DNA of 64,000 bases from assembly GCA_963675595.2 (NCBI GenBank), contig CAXXLZ010000002.1, forward strand, positions 3,328,001 to 3,392,000. The letters run 5' to 3'. The DNA comes from Thermodesulfobacteriota bacterium (GTDB lineage: Bacteria > Desulfobacterota > Desulfarculia > JACQYL01). The position numbers and the translations under genes are program-made. Positions 29,927 to 39,979 of the stretch are shown here, in pieces; positions within the stretch are counted from its first letter, which is position 1, and the number at the start of each line of letters is the position of its first letter. The notes below the pieces were generated by a model. It searched no databases, was not told the DNA's origin, and worked only from the letters and a program-made list of their open reading frames with translations.

Positions 29927-30222
29927 ACAGCGGCGAGCAAAGGCATCCGCCCGGAGGAGCCCGCCCGGCCTTTTTCAGCGGATCTCTCCGTTCATGCACC
30001 TGTCGGCCGGATTCTCCCGGGAACTCTCCGGCGTCCCAGGGACAGGCCGAAGCGGTACGCTGTTGAGGGATCATCAGAGTGATATTCCCTTGAGGCGATT
30101 CCATACGGATACGTACGGTTCCTTGGATACTTCGTCTCCTTCCGCTCATCATCCTTTGGAGACTCGTCCGCAACCCGTTTTTTTCATCGGACGGTCGACT
30201 CGAATTATCAGGGCTCTCGATC

Positions 30223-31293
30223 ATGCAACCTGAAGCCATTCTGGCCATTGATGTGGGAGGGGGCACCCAGGATATTTTGTTCTGGAGCCCGGAAAACTGC
30301 ATTGAGAATTGCGTCAAGCTGGTTCTTCCCTCTCCGACGAGAATCCAGGCGGGACACATTCGCAGGGTTACCGGTGCCGGACGATCTCTCTTTCTCGATG
30401 GAATGACCATGGGAGGGGGGGCTGTGACCAAAGCCCTGAAAGAGCATCTCGCCGCCGGGCTTGAAGTTTTCGCCACCCCGCCCGCCGCGACCACGTTTCA
30501 CGACAACTTGGACTACGTGGTAGACATGGGCGTACAAATAACCGAGACGGCGCCCGAACACGCGGTACGTCTTCGGCTGGGAGACCTGGACCTTCAGGCC
30601 TTGGCCCGCGCCGTGGAACATTTCGATATCGTCCTGCCGCCGAGGTTGGCCGTGGCGGTCCAGGATCACGGCCATGTGCGGGGGCGGAGCAACCGTATCA
30701 CCCGATTCGAACTTTGGAGGCGCTTCCTAAATCGTGAAGGCAACCTTTCGGACCTGGCCTATTGCGAACCTCCCAGGCAAAACTCCCGAATGAGGGCCAT
30801 CCACGAGCTTCGCCCCGACGCTCTCATCATGGACACCGGTCCCGCCGCGATTTTGGGTGCCTTGCTCGACGGATGGGCCGCGGAAAAGGCGTCGTCGGGT
30901 CTATTGGTGGTGAATGTGGGAAACGAGCACACCTTGGGAGCTCTGGTGCGCGGAAAGCGGGTTTTTGGAATCTACGAGCACCACACGTCCTGCCTGGACA
31001 GGAATAAGCTTCTGAACCACCTCGAAAGGTTTCGGCGCGGAGAGTTATGTTTCGAGGAAGTCTTCCAAGACATGGGGCACGGAACGGCTATGGCCGCAAG
31101 GCTCGACGGGGATTTTCGGCAAGCCCCGCTGCTGGTGACGGGACCTCAAAGGCGTTTGCTGCGAAACGACGACGGGCGCATGGCGGCTCCTTTGGGCGAT
31201 ATGATGCTCAGCGGCTGCTTTGGACTGGTGAGCGGGGCCTTGGATAAGTGGTATCCCGGGTATTCTTTTTCCTGCAACCCGGCGGACCATTAG
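30223..31293 (+). CDS. DUF1786 family protein
   Basis: LAIDVGGGTQDIL, EN..KLVLPSPT, MGGG, AVQDHG, SNR..RF, MDTG.AA, NVGN.HT, YEHHT, GDMML.GCFGL. Confidence 0.85.
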   Translation: MQPEAILAIDVGGGTQDILFWSPENCIENCVKLVLPSPTRIQAGHIRRVTGAGRSLFLDGMTMGGGAVTKALKEHLAAGLEVFATPPAATTFHDNLDYVVDMGVQITETAPEHAVRLRLGDLDLQALARAVEHFDIVLPPRLAVAVQDHGHVRGRSNRITRFELWRRFLNREGNLSDLAYCEPPRQNSRMRAIHELRPDALIMDTGPAAILGALLDGWAAEKASSGLLVVNVGNEHTLGALVRGKRVFGIYEHHTSCLDRNKLLNHLERFRRGELCFEEVFQDMGHGTAMAARLDGDFRQAPLLVTGPQRRLLRNDDGRMAAPLGDMMLSGCFGLVSGALDKWYPGYSFSCNPADH

Positions 31294-31513
31294 AAAACGC
31301 GACGCGCGATGCCTGCGTTCAGCTCTCGTCATTGCGACGTCCTTCTGTGTACGCGGCGTTCCGGGGGATTTCCTCGCCGCGTTCAGCATGTTTTTTCGCC
31401 GGGCCGCCGTTCGACCTAAATTTGCTGTAATCGAGCGACGATCCAAGGGAGAAATCACGGTCGACAACGATGGTTTGCACCGGCCTTGACGCCGGATGGA
31501 CGGGGGGAAGCGT

Positions 31514-31873
31514 ATGGGCCTGGATGCCATGCATGAAAAGATCCGCAAACACCCGGATTACGGCAAGGTGGGCATGGTGGCGTTTCATCGGGGTGTGGTC
31601 CGTGCAACTTCGCGCAACGGCCGGCCCGTGGAAGCCTTCCAGGTGTCCATGGACGACGAGGTATTGGAGCGACTCAAGAACGAGTCGCGGGCCGAGCCGG
31701 GCATTGTGGAAGTGCTCGTGGAACATCGGGAAGGGACCTTCGCGCCCGGAGAAGACATTCTGCTCGTGGCCGTGGCCGGGGACATTCGGGACCATGTGTT
31801 TCCCTCCCTTGTCCGTCTCGTGGATCGCATTAAGACCGAAGCCACGCGGAGCTCTGAAATTTTTTCAACCTGA
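31514..31873 (+). CDS. moaE: Molybdopterin synthase catalytic subunit MoaE-like
   Basis: VGM...H.GVVR.TSR.G, GEDILLVAVAGDIR..VF, RIK; near moaA. Confidence 0.8.
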   Translation: MGLDAMHEKIRKHPDYGKVGMVAFHRGVVRATSRNGRPVEAFQVSMDDEVLERLKNESRAEPGIVEVLVEHREGTFAPGEDILLVAVAGDIRDHVFPSLVRLVDRIKTEATRSSEIFST

Positions 31874-32084
31874 ACGCGGCGGCTGCAGTCGTAAAGATAA
31901 AGGGGTATAATAATAGCCGGTAGTGGATATTGAGACTGTTTGAGTATCGAGAAAGAGGAAAACCGACCTCCATTTCCCGCGGTATTTGAAAAAGATGGTT
32001 GCCCCACCCTTCCGGCGGTCTTCCTGAAGAGGGCCCCGGTGTTGAAGGGCTTTAATCGTCACCTTCGGAAAAGGAGGAAGCGTA

Positions 32085-32390
32085 ATGGAAAATCGAGCGG
32101 GCATCATTTTTACGGGTTCCGGTCCAATTCTTATCCTAACCACTTACGACAGCTTCACCGATGCGAAATTCGTAGAGAAACTGCAGCAGAAGGGAATCAA
32201 GAAGTTTATCGCTTACGAGGTCCCTGTGGAGCTGTGCAAGAAAAAATACGGCATGCACTACGACGTGATCCTCAAAGATCTGAACCAGACCGACGACCTG
32301 CGGGTACTGGATTACGACGGGCACAACGTATTCTATAGCTTCACCTTCGACGAGATGGGCGAGCCGGTACAGTACGAAGGCGCCAAATAA
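32085..32390 (+). CDS. Conserved hypothetical cytosolic protein
   Basis: AGGAGG RBS; protein-like 101 aa (FTGSGPILILT, DDLRVLDYDGH); followed by a terminator. Confidence 0.8.
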   Translation: MENRAGIIFTGSGPILILTTYDSFTDAKFVEKLQQKGIKKFIAYEVPVELCKKKYGMHYDVILKDLNQTDDLRVLDYDGHNVFYSFTFDEMGEPVQYEGAK

Positions 32391-32433
32391 CGCCGGCGCC
32401 CGAGAAATCGGGTGAACGTCTTTTCTCCGGGGA

Positions 32434-32462
32434 AAGGGGCTCCTATGCAGGGAGCCCCTTCC
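32434..32462 (+). terminator. Putative terminator
   Basis: AAGGGGCTCC-TATGCAG-GGAGCCCCTT 10-bp stem. Confidence 0.55.
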
Positions 32463-32556
32463 TGCTTAACGGACCACCGGGCATTCGAGGAGGAACGGCA
32501 GAGGCGCCGGTCTTCAACCGATCCGTCATACGGGCATTGAAAAGGGGAGATTCCAC

Positions 32557-33267
32557 TTGGATCCAAAACAGGACAAAGAAACGGCGCGCAAAGGAAAGGA
32601 ACTCGCCGCCAAAGCGGCGGCGCAACTCGTTGAGAGCGATCGGGTGGTGGGCTTGGGAACGGGCTCCACGGCCGAGTTTCTCATTCGGGAGCTGGGCAGG
32701 CGAGTGCGGGAGGAGGGATTGCGTATCGAAGGTGTTCCCACTTCGTTCGAGGCACTTCGGTTGGCCCGTGAGGTGGGGATTTCCGTTCGTTCGGTGGATG
32801 CGGTGGATACGGTGCACATTGCCGTGGACGGAGCCGACCGGGTGGACCCCGGAAAGAACCTGATCAAAGGGGGCGGGGGCTGCCACACCATGGAGAAAAT
32901 CGTGGAGGCCTATGCCGAGCGGTTGGTTATCATCGCGGATGCGTCCAAACTGGTGGAGAGTCTCGGGGGCACGTTTCCGGTTCCCATCGAGGTGGTCCCC
33001 GCGGCCTTGCGCGGGGTGATGAGCGCGGTGGAGCGGCTGGGCGGCACTCCGAAACTTCGCATGGCGGAAAAGAAAGTGGGACCCGTGGTCACCGATTTGG
33101 GCAACATGCTCGTGGACGCTTTTTTCGAATCCATACCGGATCCCGGGGAGTTGGAGAAGAAGCTGAACAATCTTGCAGGCGTGGTGGACAATGGGCTGTT
33201 CGTGGGATTGGCCCATGAGGTGATCATCGGTGACGGGGCCACGGGAACCATCCGGCATCTGAAATAG
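32557..33267 (+). CDS. rpiA: Ribose-5-phosphate isomerase A
   Basis: VGLGTGST, VPTS, DGAD, IKGGGG, EKIV, PIEV, TD.GN, GVVDNGLF. Confidence 0.96.
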   Translation: MDPKQDKETARKGKELAAKAAAQLVESDRVVGLGTGSTAEFLIRELGRRVREEGLRIEGVPTSFEALRLAREVGISVRSVDAVDTVHIAVDGADRVDPGKNLIKGGGGCHTMEKIVEAYAERLVIIADASKLVESLGGTFPVPIEVVPAALRGVMSAVERLGGTPKLRMAEKKVGPVVTDLGNMLVDAFFESIPDPGELEKKLNNLAGVVDNGLFVGLAHEVIIGDGATGTIRHLK

Positions 33268-33409
33268 CGTTGACGGAGTTGTCATACCGGGGGGGCGTAC
33301 GGGAAGAGCGCCGCCGACCGAACCTTCCGACCTCGGCCGCGGCGCATGCCGGGATAATGAATCCGCGAAGGCATGCGTCAGGCAAGCAAATCCGACGATT
33401 CCAGGCGGT

Positions 33410-34369
33410 CTATACAACCGCCTTCCGAGAAACGGAACTCTTCCCGGAAGAAGCTGCACGCAAGGATGGAGAGGCGAAGCCGAAGGGGACTCGGGAGGAA
33501 AGCTCCCGACCCGCCGGATCGGCTTGAAAGAACCGGAGCGGGACCCGTCCCTCGACTACGCCTTTGGAAGACAGCCGGCGGTAAAAGGCCGTCAGGCCTT
33601 CCAGCAAATCGGGCCCAAGATCGAAACGCAACTGGTGGAAGTATTCGATGACGATCTTCCGATCCAGGTTGCTGCGTAACGCGGCTTCACGCGCCGCCGC
33701 ATCCATCGCGAGCCGGGTCAGGCGCTTGGATTCAAGCAAGGCTTTGTGTACCTGATCCACATCCCGAGGCCGGGCTTGCGCAAAGGAACGCCGGACCACC
33801 CATACCGCGAACACGAATCCCAGGCGGGTCCGTTCCCGCCACCATTCGGCCAGGTCCAGCCGATGAGCAAATTCGTCGCTTTCCGCCATGCGCAGCGCCG
33901 TATCCCCGATGATCAAAGCGGCGAGAGGTTTTTCTCGACGGATGCGCTCCCGGGTCACGGCCGTGGGAACGTAGACGGGGGGATGGGATACCGTGTCTCC
34001 TACAAGCAGGCGGAGCAGTTCTCGGGCGGTTTCCGATTCATGGGTCACCCACACCGGGCGACCCGCCAATTCCGACACAGGCACCCGGCTCATGAAAAAA
34101 ACGCTTCCCACCGGTCCGAAGGCGGAGATGGAAAGGTCGGGAAGCAGCAGGTATTCGTGGTGACGGCGGGCATATTCAACGGACGATACCGGACCGATGT
34201 CCAGTTCGCCCTCTCGAATCTTTCGGTTCAGCTCCGCCGGTGCTCCGTACTCCAGATTGAAGGTTCCGACTTGGCCGGTTTCCAAGGCGTAATATACGGG
34301 ATCGGAGTTGATGTACCGAATGCGGCCCACTCGGGGCGGGCGTAATGAAAGAGGGCTGAGCTTTTCCAT
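33410..34369 (-). CDS. mqnA: Chorismate dehydratase (futalosine pathway)
   Basis: VGRI.YIN..P, P.ELN, SSVEY, GPVGSV, SET, LIIGD.AL, DLAEWW..T.L.FVFAVW. Confidence 0.9.
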   Translation of the reverse strand: MEKLSPLSLRPPRVGRIRYINSDPVYYALETGQVGTFNLEYGAPAELNRKIREGELDIGPVSSVEYARRHHEYLLLPDLSISAFGPVGSVFFMSRVPVSELAGRPVWVTHESETARELLRLLVGDTVSHPPVYVPTAVTRERIRREKPLAALIIGDTALRMAESDEFAHRLDLAEWWRERTRLGFVFAVWVVRRSFAQARPRDVDQVHKALLESKRLTRLAMDAAAREAALRSNLDRKIVIEYFHQLRFDLGPDLLEGLTAFYRRLSSKGVVEGRVPLRFFQADPAGRELSSRVPFGFASPSLRAASSGKSSVSRKAVV

Positions 34370-34439
34370 TTATTGACCGTCTGGTCACCGGTAACAGGTT
34401 AAATTTAAAATTGCATTTCGGTGACCACCTGGTCAATAA
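34370..34439. promoter_or_regulatory. Twin palindromic operator TGACC-N4-GGTCA between divergent mqnA and aroK-mqnE-mqnC
   Basis: TGACCGTCTGGTCA (34374-34387) and TGACCACCTGGTCA (34422-34435), embedded in an 18/21 inverted repeat around an AT-rich core. Confidence 0.65.
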
Positions 34440-34486
34440 TAACTCTGAAAATTCTCCAATGCAAGGGGAAGGCGGAAGGTACTTTC

Positions 34487-35056
34487 GTGGCGGAAGCGAG
34501 TGGAGCAAAGCCGGAAGGCCGTCGAATCGTCCCTTCGAGAATCGCTTTGATCGGTTACCGTTGCACCGGAAAGACTTCGGTGGCCCGATTGCTCGGGGAA
34601 CTCCTGAGCATGCCCTGGATCGATCTGGACCGGGAAATCCAGACCGCATCGGGAGTCACCATTGCTGAGACGGTGGCGCGCGAAGGCTGGCCCGGCTTTC
34701 GGCAAAGAGAATTGCGGGCACTGGAAGCCTGTTCTTCGCGGGAGCGGGTGGTGGCGGCCATGGGCGGGGGTGTGGTGGTGACCCCTCATTGCAGGGAGCT
34801 TCTCAGCAACCGATTTTACACCGTTTGGCTGACCGCTCGGGTGGAAACCATATTCAAACGAATGCGAACCGATCCCGTGACGGGCGAGCAAAGACCCGCC
34901 CTTACCGAACTGGATCCGGAACGGGAGATACGAGCCCTGTTGGACGAGCGCGCTCCCTGGTACCGGGCTTGTGCGCGAATGGTCGTTGCCACGGATGAGA
35001 AAAGCCCCCGGGAGTTGGCGGCCGAGATTCGATCCCGTTTAACCGGAAAAGAGTAA
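34487..35056 (+). CDS. aroK: Shikimate kinase
   Basis: LIGYRCTGKTSV (P-loop), DLD, GW..FR..E, GGGVV, RP.L, R...Y. Start uncertain. Confidence 0.9.
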   Translation: MAEASGAKPEGRRIVPSRIALIGYRCTGKTSVARLLGELLSMPWIDLDREIQTASGVTIAETVAREGWPGFRQRELRALEACSSRERVVAAMGGGVVVTPHCRELLSNRFYTVWLTARVETIFKRMRTDPVTGEQRPALTELDPEREIRALLDERAPWYRACARMVVATDEKSPRELAAEIRSRLTGKE

Positions 35057-35226
35057 AGCAATTTCGGATTCCCCGTACGGGTAATGGGACGTCGTTTTCG
35101 GGAGAGCGCGGGGGCCTTCCAGGAACAGGAATCTACCGGGGTTTTGACGCCGAAAGGCAGGATGGAGATTTTTCCCCGAAAAATGCTCAAAGGGTCGGAG
35201 CACAAACGCCGGCCCCGGAGTACGCC

Positions 35227-36342
35227 ATGAGATTTCAACCCACGGACCCGCGTCTCATCGAAGTTCAGGAAAAGCTGGAAGCGGGGGAGCGTCTTGACGC
35301 TTCCGACGGCGTCGCTTTGTTCCGCACAAAGGACCTGTTGGGTTTGGGCGTGTCGGCCCACCGGGTCCGGCTTTCCAAGAACGAAAGGCGAGCCTATTTC
35401 ATCTATAATCAGCACCTCAATTACACCAATGTGTGCAAGAATCTGTGCCGCTTCTGCGCTTTCGGCCGCAGGCAGGATGCGGCCGGAGCCTACACCCTGA
35501 GCCTCGACCAGGTGGAAGAGGCTCTCAGGAGCCGCCAAGAAGAACCCATTCGCGAAATCCACATCGTGGGCGGCGTGAACCCGGACATTCCTCCGGAATA
35601 CTATTTCGATCTGGTGAAGAAAGTGAAGGAAGTCCGCCCGGAAGCGACGGTCAAGGCCTATTCCGCCGTGGAGGTGCATCATATCGCCCAAATTTCCGGT
35701 ATGAGTCTTGCGGACACGTTGAAACGCCTCAAAGCGAACGGGTTGGAAATGATGCCCGGTGGGGGCGCCGAAGTGTTCGCCCCCCGCATTCGTCGGGAGC
35801 TGTATCCTTCCAAGATCGGAGCGGAAGACTGGCTGGAGGTCATGCGGCAGGCGCATCTGGCGGGAATCCGAACCAACGCCACCATGCTATACGGCCATAT
35901 CGAAACCGTGGAGGAGCGAGTGGACCACTTGCTGCGGCTCCGGCGACTTCAGGACGAAGTCCCGGGGTTTCTGGCCTTGGTGCCCCTCGCCTTTCATTCG
36001 GCCAACACCGGCTTGGCGCACCTGCCGCCCACCTCGGGTTACGACGATCTGAAAACCGTGGCGGCGAGCCGCCTGCTGCTGGATAATTTCCCGCACATCA
36101 AGGCCTACTGGGTCATGTTGGGCCTCAAGCAGGCCCAGGTGGCCCTCTCCTTCGGCGCGGACGATCTGGACGGCACCATCGTTGAGGAAAGAATCACCCA
36201 TACGGCGGGTGCGGAAAGCCCCAAGGGAGTGAGTCGGTCGCTGTTGCGGGGACTCATCGAGGAAGCCGGATTCGAGCCGGTGGAACGGGACGCTTTCTAT
36301 GAGCCCGTGGAATTAAGGGACGGAGCGCATGCCGTTGGATGA
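35227..36342 (+). CDS. mqnE: Aminofutalosine synthase (radical SAM)
   Basis: NYTNVC..LCRFCAF, EIHIVGG, MPGGGAE, NATMLYGHIE, HIKAYWVM, GADDLDGT..EERI.H.AG. Confidence 0.92.
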   Translation: MRFQPTDPRLIEVQEKLEAGERLDASDGVALFRTKDLLGLGVSAHRVRLSKNERRAYFIYNQHLNYTNVCKNLCRFCAFGRRQDAAGAYTLSLDQVEEALRSRQEEPIREIHIVGGVNPDIPPEYYFDLVKKVKEVRPEATVKAYSAVEVHHIAQISGMSLADTLKRLKANGLEMMPGGGAEVFAPRIRRELYPSKIGAEDWLEVMRQAHLAGIRTNATMLYGHIETVEERVDHLLRLRRLQDEVPGFLALVPLAFHSANTGLAHLPPTSGYDDLKTVAASRLLLDNFPHIKAYWVMLGLKQAQVALSFGADDLDGTIVEERITHTAGAESPKGVSRSLLRGLIEEAGFEPVERDAFYEPVELRDGAHAVG

Positions 36343-37396
36343 GGTGGTCCGGAAGGTGATGACGGGTGGGCGATTGAACCGGGAAGAGGCCGTCCTGTTG
36401 TACCGGGACGCGGAGCTCCTGGAACTGGGTTGCCTCGCCCATGCCCGTCGCCTGGTCCTTCATCCGGAATCCCTGGTGACCTATGTGGTGGACCGCAACA
36501 TCAACTACACCAATGTGTGCACCGCAGGGTGCCGGTTTTGCGCCTTTCACCGCGCGCCCGGATCGTCGGAAGCCTACGTGCTGTCCCACAAGGAATTGGC
36601 CGGCAAGATTCAGGAAACGCTGGACTTGGGGGGCACCCAGATACTGCTCCAGGGGGGGCTGAATCCGGACTTGGGGCTTTCCGACTACCGGGAAATGCTG
36701 CGCTTCATCAAGGAGCGTTTTCCCATTCACGTCCATGGGTTCTCCCCGCCTGAGATCGTGTTTTTGGCGAAAAAGGAAGACTCATCCGTTGAGGAAGTGC
36801 TTCGAGCTTTGATGGAGGCCGGCTTGGGCTCCATCCCCGGAGGCGGCGCGGAAATCCTGGTGGATGAAGTGCGCCGCCGGGTATCGCCGGGAAAATGCTC
36901 GGCGGAGGAGTGGCTCGAGGTCATGGAAACGGCCCACGGCCTGGGCCTCCGGACCACGGCCACCATGATGTTCGGCCATGTGGAAACGCCCGAGCAACGC
37001 ATCGAACATCTTTTCAGGATTCGAGACCTCCAGGACCGGACGGGGGGGTTCACCGCATTCATTCCCTGGACCTTCCAGCCGGCGCACACCAGGATACCGT
37101 TGGCGCCGCTGGGCGGAGTCGCGTATCTTCGGATGCTCGCCTTGAGCCGGATCGCGTTGGACAATGTGTCCAATGTGCAGGCTTCCTGGGTCACGCAAGG
37201 GGCCAAGATCGGTCAGGTGGCGTTGACCTTCGGGGCCAACGACTTGGGCAGCACCATGATCGAGGAAAACGTGGTGGCCGCCGCCGGGGTTTCCTTCCGC
37301 CTTTCGGAAGACGACATGATCCGCATGATCCGGGACGCGGGCTTCATGCCCGCTCGGCGGGACACCTTTTACCGGATCCTGAGCACACCAGTCTGA
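36329..37396 (+). CDS. mqnC: Cyclic dehypoxanthinyl futalosine synthase (radical SAM)
   Basis: DRNINYTNVC..GCRFCAF, QILLQGG, FSPPEI, TATMMFG, FIPWTFQ, QASWVTQG, GANDLGSTMIEENVV. Confidence 0.94.
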   Translation: MPLDEVVRKVMTGGRLNREEAVLLYRDAELLELGCLAHARRLVLHPESLVTYVVDRNINYTNVCTAGCRFCAFHRAPGSSEAYVLSHKELAGKIQETLDLGGTQILLQGGLNPDLGLSDYREMLRFIKERFPIHVHGFSPPEIVFLAKKEDSSVEEVLRALMEAGLGSIPGGGAEILVDEVRRRVSPGKCSAEEWLEVMETAHGLGLRTTATMMFGHVETPEQRIEHLFRIRDLQDRTGGFTAFIPWTFQPAHTRIPLAPLGGVAYLRMLALSRIALDNVSNVQASWVTQGAKIGQVALTFGANDLGSTMIEENVVAAAGVSFRLSEDDMIRMIRDAGFMPARRDTFYRILSTPV

Positions 37397-37609
37397 AACG
37401 GGGTGCCACGTTACCCCGTCCGCCTTTCGGCTTTCGCACTTCTCCGGACCCCCAACATCCCGAGCCGGCCGTTCTCTTTGGCGATTATGGATCCATGTCG
37501 TTCCGCGAGGTTTATCGGGAGGACTCAAGGTGCTAAAATAATAGAAAAGTAGTTGCTCCCGTACTCGAATCGGACGACCGGATTGCCGGCCGGAGAGGAG
37601 GGTTCCGCC

Positions 37610-39232
37610 ATGAAGAAGTCGTCACTTGAACGGGTTTCTTTGTTCGTCGTCATTGCGGTGGCGCTTTTTTTCGCCTTCCCGGCGCTCGTCCACGCGGCGA
37701 CTCGCGAAAGGGCCATACAGGTGGTGATCAAAGACCGGGAAGGTCGGGACGTGGGGGGATACGGCGACAGCTACGCTCTCCTGGTGGGGATATCGGATTA
37801 CACCGCCGGATGGCCCGATCTGGAAAGTGTTCCCGGCGAAATGGACCGTGTGTCCGCCTTTCTCGAGGAACAAGGTTTCAAGACGGAGAAACTTCGCAAT
37901 CCTACGAGCAGAGAGTTGCGCCGTGGGGTGGACGAGTTCATCAATCGTTATGGATTCGATCCGAACAATCGGCTGCTCCTCTTCTTTTCAGGACACGGGC
38001 ACAGCCGATTGGAGGGAAGGAAGGGGTACATCGTACCCGCGGACGCCCCGGATCCCACGGTGGATGAAATCGGCTTCGTGCAAAAGGCCGTGGAAATGGC
38101 TCAGGTGCTCACTTGGGCCAAACGCATTGAAGCGAGGCACGCCCTTTTTCTGTTCGACAGCTGTTTTTCGGGTACCGTATTTAAGACTCGGGCCATTTCA
38201 GGCAGTCCTCCCCACATTTCAGACCTCACGTCTCACCCGGTGCGCCAGTTCATCACCGCCGGCAGTGCGGGGGAAGCCGTACCGGCGCGGAGCGTTTTCG
38301 TTCCTCTGTTGATTCGGGCCCTATCCGGAGCGGCGGACTATGATCGGGACGGTTACGTCACGGGAACGGAACTCGGAACTTTTCTCCATCACGAGGTGTT
38401 GGCTTACGGCATCGGCCAGACGCCCCAATACGGAAAGATCAGGGACCCGGAACTGGACGAGGGAGATTTTGTCTTCCACATGTCGCGGCTCCCCCAGTCG
38501 GAGGAGCGGGCCACGCTGTCGGTCCTCTCCAACGTTTCGGGCGCGAGGGTCCTGGTGGACGGGATCGAACTCGGCATAACGCCCCTTTCCGAGGCCCCGG
38601 TTCCGTCCGGGCAAAGGCGGGTGTCCGTGGAAAAGAGCGGCTACAAGGTCTACGCTCGCAGCATGACTTTTGAACCCGGTCGTTCCGCTTCTCTGTCCGT
38701 GGACCTGCAACCCGTCCCGCCGCGCACGGCCCGTCTTTATGTGGATACCGAGCCCCGAGGGGCACGGGTCCGGGTCCTCAATGTCAAACCCGCATTTGAG
38801 CAGGGAATGGAGCTGCAACCGGGGTCTTATCATCTCGAAATCTCCTCCGAAGGTTGGGAAACGGAAACCCGATGGGTCAGTCTGGACCCGGGTGAAGACA
38901 AGAATGTGGTGGTTCGTCTGACCGTCATGACTCCAAAGGTGAAGGAGCCCGTCTTCACCGCGGGAAACATCGCCCGGGCCGTGGCAAACAATCGGTGGGA
39001 CTGGACCGTGTTCATCCGCGGTTCCGAAGAGGATTTGGCCCGGGTCCAATGTGTCGAATACACCCTGCATCCCACTTTTCCCGATCCGGTGCGCACCGTG
39101 TGCCGACGGGGAGAGGGGTCTCAAGCGTTCCCTCTTTCCACCAACGGCTGGGGTACCTTTGTCGTGCGTATCCGAGTGCTGCTGAAAGACGGCAAAGACA
39201 TGAAACTCAGCCATCAGCTAAGGTTCCGGTGA
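37610..39232 (+). CDS. Secreted caspase-family (C14) peptidase with PEGA domains and C-terminal YEATS-like domain
   Basis: GAGGAGG RBS; signal peptide; ALLVGISDY, FSGHG (His), FDSCFSG (Cys); PEGA SNV.GA.V.VDG..G.TP; VEYTLHPTFPDP...GWGTF YEATS signature. Confidence 0.88.
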   Translation: MKKSSLERVSLFVVIAVALFFAFPALVHAATRERAIQVVIKDREGRDVGGYGDSYALLVGISDYTAGWPDLESVPGEMDRVSAFLEEQGFKTEKLRNPTSRELRRGVDEFINRYGFDPNNRLLLFFSGHGHSRLEGRKGYIVPADAPDPTVDEIGFVQKAVEMAQVLTWAKRIEARHALFLFDSCFSGTVFKTRAISGSPPHISDLTSHPVRQFITAGSAGEAVPARSVFVPLLIRALSGAADYDRDGYVTGTELGTFLHHEVLAYGIGQTPQYGKIRDPELDEGDFVFHMSRLPQSEERATLSVLSNVSGARVLVDGIELGITPLSEAPVPSGQRRVSVEKSGYKVYARSMTFEPGRSASLSVDLQPVPPRTARLYVDTEPRGARVRVLNVKPAFEQGMELQPGSYHLEISSEGWETETRWVSLDPGEDKNVVVRLTVMTPKVKEPVFTAGNIARAVANNRWDWTVFIRGSEEDLARVQCVEYTLHPTFPDPVRTVCRRGEGSQAFPLSTNGWGTFVVRIRVLLKDGKDMKLSHQLRFR

Positions 39233-39414
39233 GTTATCTTGTTTCCCTGCGGAGAGCGCTGTCGGCTCGGGAAAATTCGGGCTTGACATGTGAAGGACTA
39301 TTGCTGTAGAGGCGGAACTCTACGGCGACGAAAGAAAGCGGAGGCTCGAAGTTCTCCTGAGGGTGTGGTAGCGGTCCTCGTACGCCGGAGAATCGAAAAC
39401 AAAGAAGAAATCCT

Positions 39415-39473
39415 AAGCCATGAAGGCTTTCCTCTCCTTTGGAGGGGGGCTGTTCATGGCTTTTTTGTTTTTT
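39415..39473 (+). terminator. Terminator/attenuator hairpin in the leader upstream of the TonB-dependent receptor
   Basis: AAGCCATGAA (39415-39424) pairs with TTCATGGCTT (39453-39462), GC-rich inner stem, TTTTTTGTTTTTT tail. Confidence 0.7.
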
Positions 39474-39979
39474 GTGCCCCTGATCGTGCCGATAGAGCGA
39501 ACAAGCCGAAGAAGGGAGGTGAGATCGGCCGACGGTATTTCCGACGGCGTATGAACATTACGAAGCGTGCACAAGAAAGCCAATGGGGCGAGGAATGCGG
39601 GTAGGAAGGCGGCACACCGCGCCAACGGAGACGGCCGCCTCCCAACGCAGGCGGGGATTGATCCCTGAAGGGATTTCCCTGTCCGTTCCTCTCTTAACAA
39701 GGCCGGACGCACACGTCAACAGAAGCTCCATAGGGTTTCCGGTCTTCCGGCCGAGCCTGTGGGGCCGGTAAGCACAGCGAGTCCGGCGACTTCGACAAGC
39801 CCCCAACCAGTACATTCCGAATCACCAAACCACTAGCCGACTCGGCAAGCGCCGAAGGCCGGGCTCAGCAGGGCGTCCTTTTTCCGGTGACTGCTCCGGG
39901 ACGCCCCTTGCGCTGCGGCGTCGGCGCCGTTGCGGCATGGCGCGCCGCGTGCCCGAGCCCAAGTCATGGAGAAGAAGAG

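Noticed and set aside
39535-39562. NikR-like box GTATTTC-N13-ACATTAC
   Set aside because: Only about 4/7 palindromic match; too weak.
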